Below, piece after piece: positions 25,072-38,895 of a DNA stretch of 64,000 nt. The DNA is from Mustelus asterias. Lineage: Eukaryota. How positions within the stretch are numbered: the first letter of the stretch is position 1; each line of letters starts with the position of its first letter. The translations under genes were made by a program, and so were the position numbers. Where the stretch lies: assembly GCF_964213995.1 (NCBI RefSeq), contig NC_135808.1, forward strand, positions 27,962,001-28,026,000, in the 5' to 3' direction. A model generated the notes under the pieces. That model was not told where the DNA came from, ran no database searches, and saw only the letters and a list, made by a program, of their open reading frames with translations.

Positions 25072-25925
25072 GTAGAAGGTCTGCAGAGAGATTTGGACAG
25101 GCTGAGTGAGTGGGCGAGGATCTGGCAGATGGAGTATAACGTGAACAAATGCGAGGTTATTCACTTTGGAAGAAATAATAGCAAATTGGCTTATTATCTA
25201 AATGGAAAGAAATTACAACATGCTGCTGTGCAGAGGGACCTGGGGGTCCTTGTGCATGAGACGCAAAAACCCAGTCTGCAGGTGCAGCAGGTGATCAAGA
25301 AGGCAAATGGGATGTTGGCCTATATCGCAAGGGAGATAGAATATAAAAGCAGAGATCTCTTGCTGCATCTGTACAGGGCATTGGTGAGGCCGCAGTTGGA
25401 ATACTGTGTGCAGTATTGGTCCCCTTATTTGCGGAAGGATATATTGGCCTTGGAGGGAGTGCAGAGAAGGTTCACCAGGTTGATACCAGAGATGATTGGT
25501 TTGAATTCGTTGGAATTTAGAAGGCTGAGGGGGGATCTTATAGAGACCTATAAGATAATGAAAGGGCTGGATAGGGTAGAGATGGACAGATTCTTTCCAC
25601 TTCGAAAGGAAACTAGAACTAGAGGGCACAGCCTCAAAATAAAGGGGGCTCAGTTTAGGACAGAGTTGAGGAGGAACCTCTTCTCTCAGAGGGTGGTGAA
25701 TTTCTGGAATTCTCTGCCCACTGAAGTGGTGGAGGCTACCTCGTTGAATATGTTTAAATCACGGATAGATGGATTCCTGATCGGTAAGGGAATTAGGGGT
25801 TATAGGGATCAGGAGGGTAAGTGGAACTGATCCAATTCATATCGGCCATGGTCTTATTGAATGGCGGGGCAGGCTCCAGGGGCTAGATGGCCTACTCCTG
25901 CTCCTATTTCCTTTGATCCTATTTC
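25072..25925 (+). mobile_element. 5'-truncated CR1 (same subfamily as 7137-8248)
   Basis: ORF 25045..25830 is nearly identical in translation to ORF 7328..8164, apart from an 11-codon in-frame deletion. Confidence 0.9.
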
Positions 25926-26389
25926 CCGATGGGAGAAGGTGAAGAGCGTATGTCCGGGTGCATGGGGTCCTTGATTATGCTGGCTGCTTTTCTGAGGCAG
26001 CGGGAATTGTAGACGGAGTCAATGGATGGGAGGCTGGTTTGCATGATGGACTGGGCTACCTTCATAATCCTTTACAGTTCCTTTTGGTCTTGGTCAGGAG
26101 CCATATCGAGCTGTGACACAACCGGAAAGGATACTTTCCATGGTACATCTGTAAAAATCGGTGAGAGTCACATCAGACATGCCAAATTTCCTTAGCCACC
26201 TGACAAAGTAGAGGCATTGGAGGCTTTCTTAACTATAGCGTCAGAGTGGAGGGACCAGGACAGGTTGTTGCTGACATGGACACCTAGAAACTTGAAGCTC
26301 TGGACCATTTCCACTTCATCACCGTTGGTGTAGACAGGGGCATGCCCTCCACTACGCTTCCAGAAGTTAATGATTACCTCCTTTGTTTT

Positions 26390-26695
26390 AGAGTCATACT
26401 GTGCAGAAGGAGACCACTTGGCCCATTTGAACAAACCACAATCCCACCCAGGCCCGATCCCCATAACCCCATGCATTTACTCTAGCCAGACCCCCTCACA
26501 TTAAGGGGCAATTTAGCATGGCCAATTCACCCAACGTGCGCATTTTTGGAGTGTGGGAGGAAATCAGAGCACCTGGAGGAAACCCACGCAGACAAGGGGA
26601 GAATGTGCAAATTCCACACAGACAGTGACTGAAGCCGGGAATTGAACCTGGGTCCCTGGCGCTGTGAGACAGCAGTGCTAAACACTGTGCCACCG
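26390..26695 (-). mobile_element. HE1-type SINE
   Basis: Reverse complement of the SINE consensus; splits the Rex1-like element. Confidence 0.88.
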
Positions 26696-27799
26696 GATGG
26701 TAGTCATGATGTGGAGATGCCAGCGTTGGACTAACCGGATGGACATTGATGGAGAGATTATTGTCGTCACACCATTTCACCAGATTCTCTCTTTCCTGTA
26801 CTCTGTCTCGTCATTGTTTGAGATCCGACTCACTGTAGTGGTGTCATCAGCAATCTTGAAAATGCACGGAATTTTGCCACACATTTATATGTGTATAAGG
26901 AGTATATATAGTAAGGGGCTGTGGATGCAGTCTTGCAGGGCACCAGTGTTAAGGATAGTTGTGGAGGAGGTGCCATTGCCTATCCTTATTGATTGCGGTC
27001 TGTGGTAGTTGCAGAGGGGGGAGCTGAGCCCTAGGTCACGGAGTTTGGAGATGAGTTTGGTTGGAATAATAGCATTGGTGCTGATGATTCTACATGCCTT
27101 CTTCGTGTAGACCTTGCCATAATCGATGAGTGCTCGTGTGGCTAGCCTGGGAATCTAGCTCGGTCTGGTATTGTCTCTGTGCATCTTTGATGGTTGTCCG
27201 TACATTTTCTGTATAGGTTATGGTCACCTGACTTCAACACCTCAGACCTGGACTTCAGCAAACAGTGGGTATCCCTGTTCATCCATGGTTTCTGGTTGGG
27301 AAACATACGGATTTGCTTCTTTGGCACACAGTCTTCTACACACTTACTAAAGAAGTCAGTTACTGTAATGGCATACTCGTTTAGAGTGGTCACTGAGTTA
27401 TTAAATATTGACCATCTACTGACTGAAAGCAGTTCTGAAGGAGATCATCCAATTACTCAGACCAAAATTGCATGACTTAATTTATCAAATTCTCCCACTT
27501 CAGTTTTTGCTTGTAACACGGGAACAGGAGCCTAGCCTTGTGGTCTAATTTGCCAAATTTGGTGTGCAAGAGCAATAGAGCGGTAGGCATGTTTGATATT
27601 TGTGTAGCAGTTGTCCTGGATAGTTGCTCTTCAAGTGGCACAATTGCTTTCTATTTTGCTCCGAGTCCATTTACAAAACAATCTTTTCCTTTATGGTCAT
27701 TCTTGTTTCTATTGCAGCACGGTCCAAATTTTGCATCGAAAGGAAATCCAGGTTGTCAGTCGTTGTGTTTTTTTGATTGACAGCTCTGACTGTCCAGAA

Positions 27800-28070
27800 C
27801 AGCTGCCGCTTGTTACGTCTTGCGTCATAATTGAACGTCATGACGCTTGCACTTCTCCGTCCCGGACTGCCCACGCATGCGCTTTTCCACACTGTGGGGA
27901 GTTGCATCAGCAACAGAGTGCGCCCCAGTCTCAGAGGAGAAATGAAGGCCATTTAGGTTGGGCAGGCCCGGCGATGCTGATGTGGGAGAGGTCGACAGAA
28001 GCAGTGCTGGCTGGCTTCTTGGTATCCGTCAGTTGTCTGGTCAGCGGCTCTTGGGATTGCCGCTACCATG
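27800..28070 (+). promoter_or_regulatory. CpG-rich promoter-like region
   Basis: Clustered CRE/ATF-like sites (TTACGTC, TGCGTCA, ACGTCATGACG) and an NRF1-like ACGCATGCGC (~27873). CpGs are retained in a CpG-depleted neighbourhood, and a near-optimal Kozak GCCGCTACCATG sits at 28059-28070. Confidence 0.45.
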
Positions 28071-28260
28071 CCATCCGGACGGTCGCTCCTCCGACTGCAG
28101 GTTCCTCTGGCGGCGGTGCTGACCCCTGACCTCGTGAGGTCACAGTGGCTGAGTGCGGTGACCTCTATCTTTGTGAGCTCACAGTGGCCTTGACAGTGGC
28201 ACTGTGACCCCTGTCTTTGTGAAGTCATAGTGCCTGCAGGTGTGACGTGGGCTGTCCAGA
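28068..28260 (+). pseudogene. Possible frameshifted first exon of a membrane protein gene (TAP1/TAP2 N-terminal-like?)
   Basis: MPSGRSLLRLQVPLAAVLTPDLVRSQWLSAVTSIFVSSQWP*, with a hydrophobic continuation only across frameshifts; cut off by a CR1 tail. The TAP resemblance is by eye only. Confidence 0.25.
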
Positions 28261-30249
28261 GGAACAGGAGGAGGACGTTCAACCCCTCAAGCATTCCAGC
28301 ATTTCAATTATATCATGGCTGATCTTTGATCCAACTGATTTCACCTTACTCCCTCTCCTGTCATGCATTTGGATGGTAAACATCTCCATATCTCGGAGTC
28401 AGGGAGAGAGGAGGAGAATGGAATGGTGACTTACTGGGGGACTGTGTGAATTTTTACCCATGCAGTGCCCAATGTGTCAGCCAGGCTTAATTCTTGACTG
28501 TTGGCCACCTCGCAGTCAAACACGCCATGAGGTTGCAGCACAAAATAATAGAATGATACAGCACAGAAGGAGGCCATCCAGCCAGTTTTGCCTGTGCCAG
28601 CTCTGTGAAAGAACAATTCAATTAGCCCCTACTCCCATCACCATTTCCCCTTCAGTTGTTTGATTCCCTTATGAAAGATAAATGTTCATTGTCCTTCCAT
28701 CTTCAGTCAGTGGAAACCAAGTCATCAGAACTCACTATGTAAACAAAAAAAAATCATCTGCCCCCCTGGTTCAAGTAATTGTCAGATTCTCTTTTCGTTT
28801 GCAAATTGATTTTGGATTGTCCAGAAATCAGCATTTGTAGATTAATACAAGGAACCTTGTGTGATTGCCCATGCTCTGTGGTAAGAGCACTCTCTCTCCT
28901 GTTTTCCAGGTTTTCCCATTTGAATCTGTGAACTGATAGGAGGACTCCGCAAAATCAGCTGCTGCTGTCACCCTGATAGCTTCTCCACATCAATGTTTTA
29001 TCTTCCAGTATGTCAGGCACCAAAGAGTAAGTATCTGTCAGTGTGATATACTTCTTAATTCCAAGTCTGGGAAAGTCTTGTTATTTGGCATTTTCCACTT
29101 CATGTTCAAATTCCTTTACGGGCTCTCTCCTTCCTGGCAATTCATGCAGCTTTATAAATCTTTCCTGCATTTTTAAATTTCTTCATGACCTTATGTGTCC
29201 TTATCTTTTTCATCTCCGCCTGCCTCACAACTCTCATCTCCTCATTGCTCTCACTTATTTTGTTTCATCTCCCAGATTTTCTTCCTTCCACCACTCGCTG
29301 CTGTATTTTACATTTTCCAAGTCCCTGGTCTCTTTAATTTCTTCCCTATACCTCTCCACCTTTAAAAACATCCTTAAAATCTACCTCAGATCTCGTAATA
29401 TCTCCCAAAAGTATGTGGTGTCAAATTCTCCTTTCAGTGCTTTTGTGAATTGCCTTGAGATGTTTGACAATGTATTTAAAAGTGTGATATAATTTGCTGG
29501 TGTCCCAGAAGTGTAGTAAATGGAATTTATCCCTTCCGACAAATGGTAAATGAATACTCTCTTTCCCCATGTGATTGTTTCATTGAGTTCCCTGCTTAAG
29601 TGGACAACCTGAATCCTTTCCCACAATCCTCACATTTCCTCGGTTTCTCTGTGGTGCGGGTGCACTTGTGTCAAATCAGTTGAAGCTTTGTCCACACAGA
29701 AAACACACTAACAATTTCTGCCCACTGTGATAGTGCAGTGTTATTTCAGACCATGAGACTTATTTAAAACTCATCCTAGTCAGTGCACTGGAACACTCAC
29801 TCTAATTTGTCTGGCACAGCATCTTTGCAGTCACATCGCTGCATCAAATCTTTTTTTCCACGCGCAAAATAGACCAAATTTCTCCTTCCAAATTCAACAG
29901 CTGGGTTTACTCAGGTCCTGATGAATTGAGCGGATCTGGCAAATGTTGGCATCATGTTTTGAAGTTCCCCTAAACCTCCTGCTTCTCACCTTGAACTTGT
30001 GCTTCCTCATGTTTTGAGCTTTTCCATCAGCTGTTTGTCCCTTCTTTAAAATGAGTTTGCAAATACCATTGCTACAAGTGCAGAAGAGAAATTTAGAATG
30101 GACAATTCTAATTTCTCCTCAAACTCTTTCCCTTCTTGTCCCCCGAAAAGGTAAATCCGTGTTACACATACTCTCTCCTTTCAAATTATTTTTGACGATG
30201 AGCAAAATAGACCAAATTTCCCTCCTTGTGCTGAAATCGAAACTCATAT

Positions 30250-31380
30250 AATCATAGAATACAGTCCAGAAGTGGCCCTTCAGCCCATCGAGTCTGTACT
30301 GACATTCAGGAAAAAACTGACCTCCCACCGAACCCCATTTTCCAGCATTTGGCCTATCAGCTTGAATGTTATGATGTGCCAAGTGCTCATCCAGGTACTT
30401 TTTAAAGGTTGTGAGGCATCTTGCCTCTACCACCCTCCCTGGTAGCACATTCCAGACTGTTCCCACCCTCTGGGTGAAAAAAAAATCACATTCCAGACCG
30501 TCCCCACCCTCTGGGTAAAAATAGTTTCTCTGCATAGCCCCCCTAAACCTCCTGCTTCTCACCTTGAACTTGTGCTTCCTCGTGATTGACCCTTCAACTA
30601 AGGGGATCAGCTGTTCCCTATCATCTCTGTCCATGCCCTTCATAATCTTGTACCCTTCAATCTGGTTGCCCCTCAATCTTCTCTGCTCCAAGAAAAGCTC
30701 CAAACCAATCGAACCTCTCTTCATAATTTAAAAGTTCCATCCCAAGCAGCTTCCTGGTGAATCTCCTCTGCACCCTCTCCAGTGCAATCACATCCTTCCT
30801 ATGAAGTGCCGACCAGGACTGCACACAGTACTCGAGCTTTGGCCTCACCGAAGTTCTATACAACTCCAACGTGAGTTCCCTGCTTTTGTAATCTGCCTCG
30901 ATTGATAAAGGCAAGTGTCCAATATGCCTTTTTCACCACCCTTCTGATATACTCCTCCGTCTTCAAAGATCTATGGACAAACACACAAAGGTTCCTTAGT
31001 TCCACATAACTTCCGAGTGTCATGCCATTCACTGAATATTACCTTTTCAAATTACTCCTTCCAAAGTGTATCACCTCACACTTTAAGGGGTTAAATTCCA
31101 TCTGCCCATTTGACCATCCCGTCTATAATATTCCTGTAGCCCAAGACACTCAGCCTCACTGTGAACCACTCAGCTGATCTTTGTGTCATCCGCAAATTTA
31201 CTAATCTTATCTCCTCACATAGTCATCTATGATGTTTATATAAATGACAACTAATAGGAGACCCAACACAGATCCTTGTGGTCCGCCACTGGACCACAAG
31301 GCATCCAGTCACTAAAACAGCCCTTTGTCTCCGACAAATGAGCCAATTTTGAATCCACTTTATTAATTTACCCTGTATTA
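30250..31380 (-). mobile_element. CR1 LINE 3' part, decayed
   Basis: ORFs 30119..30724 and 30657..30914 (LEYCVQSW, RRLRG, FFTQRV). Confidence 0.85.
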
Positions 31381-31823
31381 CCCAACTCATTGTATCATCT
31401 TTCTTATGTTTCCTTTCAATTGATTTTTCTCCCTCTCCTGGTGGAGTTCAGTTCTTCCCTTCCTACTTTCTATCGAATATGTGGGGCATTTTGCCCCTAG
31501 AGCCTGCCCACCATTTAATAAGATCATAGTTGGTCTGATTGTGGCTAGAATTCCACTATTTCTTGTTCCCTGTTTGCGGGGTCCTCAGGAAACGAAGTAT
31601 CGCCAAAATTTAAACCATTACAAAGACTCTCAAAAGCCAGTGTCCCAGTTTGAAGATGTATCTTTTATAGAAGAGGGCGGAAGTGCAGGTTAATGAAGCT
31701 GCGAACTCAGGACAGGTTAGTTAAGTTTCAAGACCACGCAATGGAACAGGGAGTATAGAACGTGGCAGGAATCGAACCTCAGGCAGAGCAAAAAAGGTGA
31801 CGAGCACAAGAAGGGAGGTGGTC

Positions 31824-32734
31824 TGTCAGAGGAATTTAGTGATGGTGTTCCCCTGGGGTGCTCTGTACTTAGTGAACCTCACACAACCAATATACAGACT
31901 ATGAAAGACAGTATATGGTTGAAGAACGAAAAGGAATTTATTTCCAATGCATGCATCAGGAGAGAGACAATGTCAATGAGGATTGACTGACCCCTCTGAC
32001 CTAATATTGCCCAGTAAAATTATTATCTAATTCTGAACATTTCAATATCCCGTCGAGTCTCGTCAATCAGACTGGAGGGTCCAAACACAATATTCAACAT
32101 TATTACCTTAGCCAATAACGTTCCACCTGTCAACAGGAACAGGAGATTATTAGTTCATTGCCCATGTAGGTTCTTCCCCTTCACCTCGGAAACCTAACCC
32201 ACACCATTAGCAGTATCCAAGGCCGTTATTAACATCTGTGATTTTTGATTGGTGGAAGGAGTCACTCTTTCGCTGGAACCTGGGCCACTTCCTTTATCAG
32301 CTTGAGATACTGCTCCAGTCTCGCTACCCATGAATGAATTTATTCCCTTAAATAGCAGGCAATAACTTGCCTTTTGTATATCCAAAAGCAGATAACAGAA
32401 GCTACCTTTATGTGCTCCATTGTATAGAAAGAATTTGGCCTGTCTACCATTGTGTTTCCCATCATGCTGCATTCAGAACAAAGTTGGCCAAGATCCACAA
32501 TTCATATATATTGAAAATACAATTTAAGCTTATAATACTTGGTTAATTTGTGGTTATACAATTTATAATGCCCTTGCAGTTTATAATAATACCTTTGCAT
32601 ATTTTGTTCCTGGCACATTGTGAATTCTCACTATATATAATATATATATATAATAGTTTATAATTACCTTAACCTTATTATCGTGAAACTAAAATGAAGG
32701 GCCTGATACTAGAATTCTATACTGCCCCCCATCA
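31824..32734 (-). repeat. ERV 3' LTR (~911 bp)
   Basis: On the minus strand it starts TGATGGG right after the PPT and ends ...GACA. Homologous to 41958-42179 plus 49021-49904. Confidence 0.9.
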
Positions 32735-32776
32735 CTCCCTGCTTTTGACCCTTGGCTATAGCCCAAGATAAGGCCA

Positions 32777-34280
32777 CTAAATAGAAGTGTCCCAATACTT
32801 GTTCTTGTGTCCTGAAGGATGACTGTTCCCTTTGTATCCATGCTTGCTCAACTTCACTGCCATCGCTGGTACCATCCCTTCTGTGGACTTGGACAACCTT
32901 GCATAGGCACACCTAACTCCATTGACAAGCACCATCAATGCCAAGATCACCATGAAGAACATTGCAATCCCTTGTAGGATTGATGTTCCCAAGTAGTCCA
33001 GCCTGCCTGAGAGCCAACCACCTAAGGTAAATGGTTCAAGGTCTTTGAGTTTCTCCACCTCTTTCCTGATATGATTAACCAGATTTGTTAAGTTTTCTGA
33101 ACTGTCTAGTATCAGCAACTGTCTAGGATCAGCAACACTGATCCAGTCACTGCACATGTCCCACCCCTTGCCACAAGATATAATCCAATGCCAATCTGTG
33201 TTGAAGTTCCACAGTGCGCATGGCTACCATTTCATCATTAACCTTAGCAAGAGCAGTTGCTGTATCATTGGCGACTAGTTCCAAAATGGAGCGGAGAACC
33301 AGAATTTCACACATCGCTTTAGCTACTCCATACTGGGGAAATAATATGCCAAATAACTTCTGTTTCTGAAATAGCTCGTCGATGTCTTGGCAGAGGAGGG
33401 AACTTAGGAGTGTAATATATGTATGGGATTACATATCCAAGGTAACACGACCCTTTCCCATCCGACAGGGAGCCAAGGATGTGCCCTATCCCCAATATGT
33501 TCCATTGAGAGTTGAATAAGTGTTGCCTCCTCTAAAGCAATAAGAAATATTGCAAGATTGGTCATTTCTGGGTGGACTCAGGCATCGCCAGGTAGTTCGA
33601 TCTGCCATGTGTTCACATTCACTCATGCCTAAGTTTTCCCCTTGGCCTTTCATGTTTCTAGCACAATATATCCCTTTTGGTTTTGGTGTTGACTGTTTTA
33701 AAACTAAAACTAGGAGCTGGTTTTCCTAAGTTATAGATAGGTGTATAGGTGTTTATTCGACCTAACTTGCCTGCACAAGACTCACCAATGAAATTCTTTC
33801 CTTGCCTCTCTACTGATTCCCCCTCCTGCATGTATGGGGATGTGCGAATATACCCAACACTTTGCCAGGCTGGTCAATCTCGCATATGTGTGTACCATAT
33901 ATATGTAAGAATTAACACGTACCTCCCGAGGGGAACGCTGAAGGACCTCAGTTGCTGGTCCCACCTGAGTCAAAATCTGTACATTCAATACTAAAAAGAT
34001 ATAATCACAGGCATTCGTTATAGCAGTCTGTACAACTTCTGTCTTACAATCAAACACAATTGTTGGTCAATGTCCGGTAATAATACAGCTTGTTTACAAA
34101 ACTTGCACAATCACCATGCCACACTTTGCACGTGTTCGTGACTTGACTTGCTTCTATGTTGGGGGATGTCTGGTCAATGTTGATTGGAGCTGTGCCTTGA
34201 TTGTAGCTGTGACAGGTCAGAGATCTTCTGAGCACATAATCTGTAATAGAATCCAGATGGCCTTGCGACCTTAAATTTTA
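32777..34280 (-). pseudogene. env: ERV env pseudogene
   Basis: Furin site RHRR (33376-33387), fusion peptide KLFGILFPQYGVAK, heptad region, ISD-like LQHRLALDYIL, frameshifted CX6CC remnant, and a TM segment (ILQGIAMFFMVILALMVLV) in ORF 32777..33157. Confidence 0.85.
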
Positions 34281-34853
34281 GTAATCAGAGTAAATTCGAT
34301 CTAATCGGATTTTCTCCATTTCTACTATTATAAGGTCATTCAGCCGCTAGGTCAGGTTCATTATCTTGGGGCTTACCACTAGGGCACGGCCTTAACTGAG
34401 TCCAGTGTCTCCAGTGCGGGCCGCACTTCTCATCAATTCGGGCATATGTCTGCCCTGTAACCATCACATTAAAAGGCCCTTCCAAGTGAGTACCTAGCCC
34501 CTTTTTTGTCTGTCATGAGTTTCACCATTACCTTACCTCCCGGTGAAGGCAGCTTCGGAGTACTTTCTCCCGCCAATTTCATCCAATCTCGGTGCTGCTA
34601 TTGTGTGATCACCTTTTGAGAAAATGGAGATGGTCTATTAGATCCCTCCAGACTCAATTCATCTTCTCCACCATTCCTCAACTCTGAGGGTGATATGGTA
34701 TGTGAAACCTCTGCTTTATTACCAACATACGACACACCTCTTCCAAAACTCTCTCTGTGAAATGAGAGTTTCCCTGATGAGAATCCAGCTGAAGAGGTAT
34801 TCCCCACCTCGGAATTTATCTCATTTGGCAATATCACAGCTACTATTGGAGCT

Positions 34854-37800
34854 AAGAACCTAAGAAATAGGAGCAGGAGTAGGCCATCCAGCCCCTCGAG
34901 CCTGCCCCGCCATTCAATAAGATCATGGCTGATCTGATAGTGGTTTAGTTCCACTTACCCGCCCGCTCCCCATAACCCTTAATTCCCTTATTGATCAGAA
35001 ATCTATCAACCTGTGACTTAAACATATTTAACGAGGTAACCTCCACTGCTTCAATGGGCAGAGAATTCCAGAGATTCACTACCCTCTGAGAGAAGAAGTT
35101 CCACCTCAACTCTGTTCTAAACTGACTCCCCCTTATTTTGAGGCTGTGTCCTCGAGTTCTTGTTTCCTTTCTAAGTGGAAAGAATCTCTCTGCCTCTACC
35201 CTGTCTAGCCCCTTCATTATCTCATATGTCGCTAGAAGATCTCCCCTCAGCCTTCTTAACTCCAACGAGTACAGGCCCAATCTACTCAATCTTCCTCATA
35301 AGCAAACCCCTCATCTCCGGTATCAACCTGGTGAACCTTCTCTGTACTCCCACAAAGGCCAATATATCCTTCCGCAAATAAGGGGACCAAAATTGCACAC
35401 AGTACTCTAGTTGCGGCCTCACCAGTACCTTGTACAATTGCAGCAAGACCTCCTTGCGTTTATACTCCATCCCCTTTGCGATAAAGGCCAACATTCCATT
35501 TGCCTTCTTGATCACCTGCTGCACCTGCAAACTGAGTTTTTGCGATTCATGCACAAGGATCCCCAGGTCCCTCTGCCCAGTAGCATGTTGTAATTTTTCA
35601 CCATTTAAATAATCGTCCATTTTACTATTATTCCTTCCAAAGTGGATAACCTCACCCTTGTCAACGTTATACTCCATCTGCCAGATCCTCGCCCACTCAC
35701 TTAGTCTATCCAAATCTCTCTGCAGACTTTCTGCATCCTCCACGCAATTCGCTTTCCCACTCATCTTTGTGTCATCCGCAAACTTTGTTACCCTACACTC
35801 TGTCCCCTCCTCCAGATCGTCTATGTATATGGTAAACAGTTGAGGCCCCAGCACCGATCCCTGCGGCACGTCACTAGTCACCAACTGCCAACCAGAAAAG
35901 CACCCATTTATTCCAACTCTCTACTTCCTGTTAGATAGCCAATCCTCAATCCACGCTGACACTTTACCCCCAACTCCGTGTACCTTAATCTTTTGCAGCA
36001 ACCTTTTGTGAGGCACCTTATCGAACGCCTTCTGGAAATCTAAAAACACCACATCCACCGGTTCCCCTCTGTCAACTGCACTTGTTACATCTTCATAAAA
36101 ATCCAGTAAATTCGTCAAACATGACTTTCCCTTCATGAATTCATGCTGCGTCTGCTTGATTGAACCATTTTTTTCCAGGTGCCCTGCTATTTCTTCTTTA
36201 ATGATAGATTCCAGCAATTTCCCAACTACGGATGTGAAGCTAACCGGCCTGTAGTTACCCGCCTTTTGTCTACCTCCTTTTTTAAACAGTGGCGTCACAT
36301 TAGCTGTTTTCCAATCAGCCGGCAATTCCCCAGAGTCCAGTGAGTTTTGATAAATTACAACCAATGCATCTGATGTTACTTCTGCCATTTCTTTCAGTAC
36401 CCTGGGATGCATTCCATCCAGCCCCGGGGACTTGTCTACCTTTAGTCCCATTAGCCTACCAAGCACTACCTCTTCAGTAATAGTAATCGTTTTAAGGACC
36501 TCACCCCCTGCAGTCCCACGACCATCAATTTTCGGTAAGGTATTTGTGTCCTCTGCCGTGAAAACCAACACAAAAAACTTGTTTAAGGCCTCGGCCATTT
36601 CCTCATTTCCCATTATTAAATCCCCCTTCTCGTCTTCTAAGGGTCCAACATTTACTTTAGCTACTCTTTTCCTTTTTATATATTTGTAAAAACTTTTACT
36701 ATCAGTTTTTATATTTTGTGCTAGTTTCGTTTCATAATCTATCTTTCCTTTCTTTATCGCTTTCTTAGTAGTTCTTTGTTTTTTAAAGCTTTCCCAATCT
36801 TCTAATTCCCCACTAGTTTTGGCCACTCTGTACGCATCGGTTTCTAATTTAATACTCTCCTTTATTTCCTCAGTTATCCATGTCTGGTTATCCCTTTTCT
36901 TACATTCCTTCTTTATCGCAGGAATATATTTTTGCTGAGTACTGAGAAAGATCTCCTCAAAAATCCGCCACTGTTGCTCAGCTGTCCTACCAACTAGTCT
37001 GCGCTCCCAGTCTACATTAGCCAATTCTGCCCTCATCCTATTGTACTCCCCTGTGTTCAAGCAGAGGACACTGGTTTTGGACCCTACTTTCTCACCCTCC
37101 ATTTGTATTAGAAATTCAACCATATTGTGATCACTCATTCCAAGAGGATCCCTCACAAGAAGATCGTTAATTTTACCTGTCTCATTACACAGGACCAGAT
37201 CCAAGATAACTCGCTCCCTCGTAGGTTCTGTAACATGCTGTTCGAGGAAACTATCCCGACAGCATTCTAAGAACTCTTCCTCAAGTCCACCGCGTCCGAC
37301 TTGAGTCAACCAATCAATTTGCAGGTTAAAATCCCCCATGATTATTGCTATTCCGTTTTTGCACGCATCCATTATTTGCTTGTTTATAGCCCGACCCACC
37401 TCAAAGTTATTATTTGGGGGCCTATAGACCACGCCCACCAGGGGACTTTCTCCCCTTACTATTCCTTATCTCCACCCACAACGATTCCACATTTTGCTCC
37501 TTAGAGCCTATATCGTCTCTCACTACCGCCCTGATGTTATCTTTAATTAACAGAGCTACCCCACCTCCTTTTCCTCCCTGACTATCCTTCCGAAATGTCT
37601 GATACCCCTGGATATTCAGTTCCCAGTCCTGGTCACCCTGAAACCACGTTTCTGTAATGGCCACTGGATCATACCCATTTGTACTGATTTGTGCCATCAA
37701 CTCATTCACTTTGTTTCGAATGCTACATGCATTCAGGTAAAGTGTCTTTATGTTAGTCTTTATATGGACCCGATTTGTTAGTGCATTATTTTGATTGCAC

Positions 37801-38895
37801 GCTCTGTCCCTACCTGTCGCAAACTGGTTATCCTTCCCCAGACCATCTCCTTGCACTGCGTTGACCACCTCCCTTCTTGTGTTTGTCATCTTTTTTACTC
37901 TGCCTGAGCCCTTGACTCCTTTAACTCGATGAATGTCCTCATCATTAACCTGCACTCGTACCCTCTCCTTTACCTTTGATTTTGTAATTCTCCTGAACCC
38001 TCCCCCCACTATTTAGTTTACAGCCCTGGTTATCCGATTCACCAGGACTCTGGTCCCAGCACGATTCAGACGAAGAGTACCCCATCTGAACAGGTCCCAT
38101 CTTCCCCAGTACTGGTGCCAATGTCCCATGAATTCAAACCCATTCCTCCCACACTAATCTTTGAGCCACGCATTTACCTCCTTAATCTTATTGACCCTGC
38201 GCCAATTCGCTTGTGGCTCAGGTAGTAATCCAGAGATTACCATCTTGTTGGTTCTGCTTTTTAATTTGGCTTCTAGCTTTTCATACTCCCTCTGCAGAAC
38301 CTTTGTTCCTGTTCTGCCTATGTCGTTGGCACCTACGTGGACCACTACAACTGGATTCTTACCCTCTCACTCCAAGTTCCTCTGCAGCCCAGGTGAGATA
38401 TCCTGGACCCGAGCACCAGGCAGGCAACACAACCTTCCGGATTCTCGAACCTGGTCACAAAGAACAGTGTCAATGCCTCTAACTACACTATCCCCAATTA
38501 CCACAACATTTCTTTTTTCTTCCTCCACCTGAACGGCTCCCTGTACCACGGAGCCGTGGGCAGTTTGCTCGTCCTCCTTGCAGTCCCCGTTCCCGTCCAC
38601 ACTGGGAGCAAGAATCTCAAACCTGTTGTACAGATTCAGGGACTGAGGCTCTTGCAACTCTACCTTCTGGATCACACTTCCTGCCTCACTCACAGCCACA
38701 CCCTCTTGTCCCTGACCCCCGGCTGAATTAGTTAGTCTAACGGGTGTGACTGCCTCCTGAAACACAGTGTCCAGGTAACTCTTCCCCCTCCCTGATATGT
38801 CGCAGTGTCTGAAGCTCAGACTCCAGCTCATCAACCCTGAGCCGGAGTTCCTCAAGCAACCAACACTTACTGCAGACATGCTCACTGGGAACCAC
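34854..38895 (-). mobile_element. Near full-length CR1 (ORF1 esterase plus ORF2 APE-RT, several frameshifts) inserted in the ERV integrase
   Basis: ORFs 38367..38927 (GDSVVRG), 38154..38345, 37422..38009 (YLNACSIRNK, ITETW), 35921..37438 (SDH, NYRPVS), 35282..35884 (PQGSVLGP, FADD) and 34945..35289. TSD AGCT. Confidence 0.93.

Larger units (their letters stand above)
24800..27400 (-). mobile_element. Rex1/Babar-type LINE, internally deleted, interrupted by a CR1 and a SINE
   Basis: ORFs 27142..27393 (TVTDFFSKCVEDCVPKKQIRMFPNQKPWMN), 26496..26780 (WCDDNNLSINV) and 26192..26476 (KTKEVIINF...FKFLGVHVSNNLSW). Confidence 0.7.

Noticed and set aside
27611-28129. 172-aa plus-strand ORF over the CpG-rich region
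   Set aside because: It starts at TTG, has no domain features, and is in a different frame from the strong Kozak ATG at 28068.
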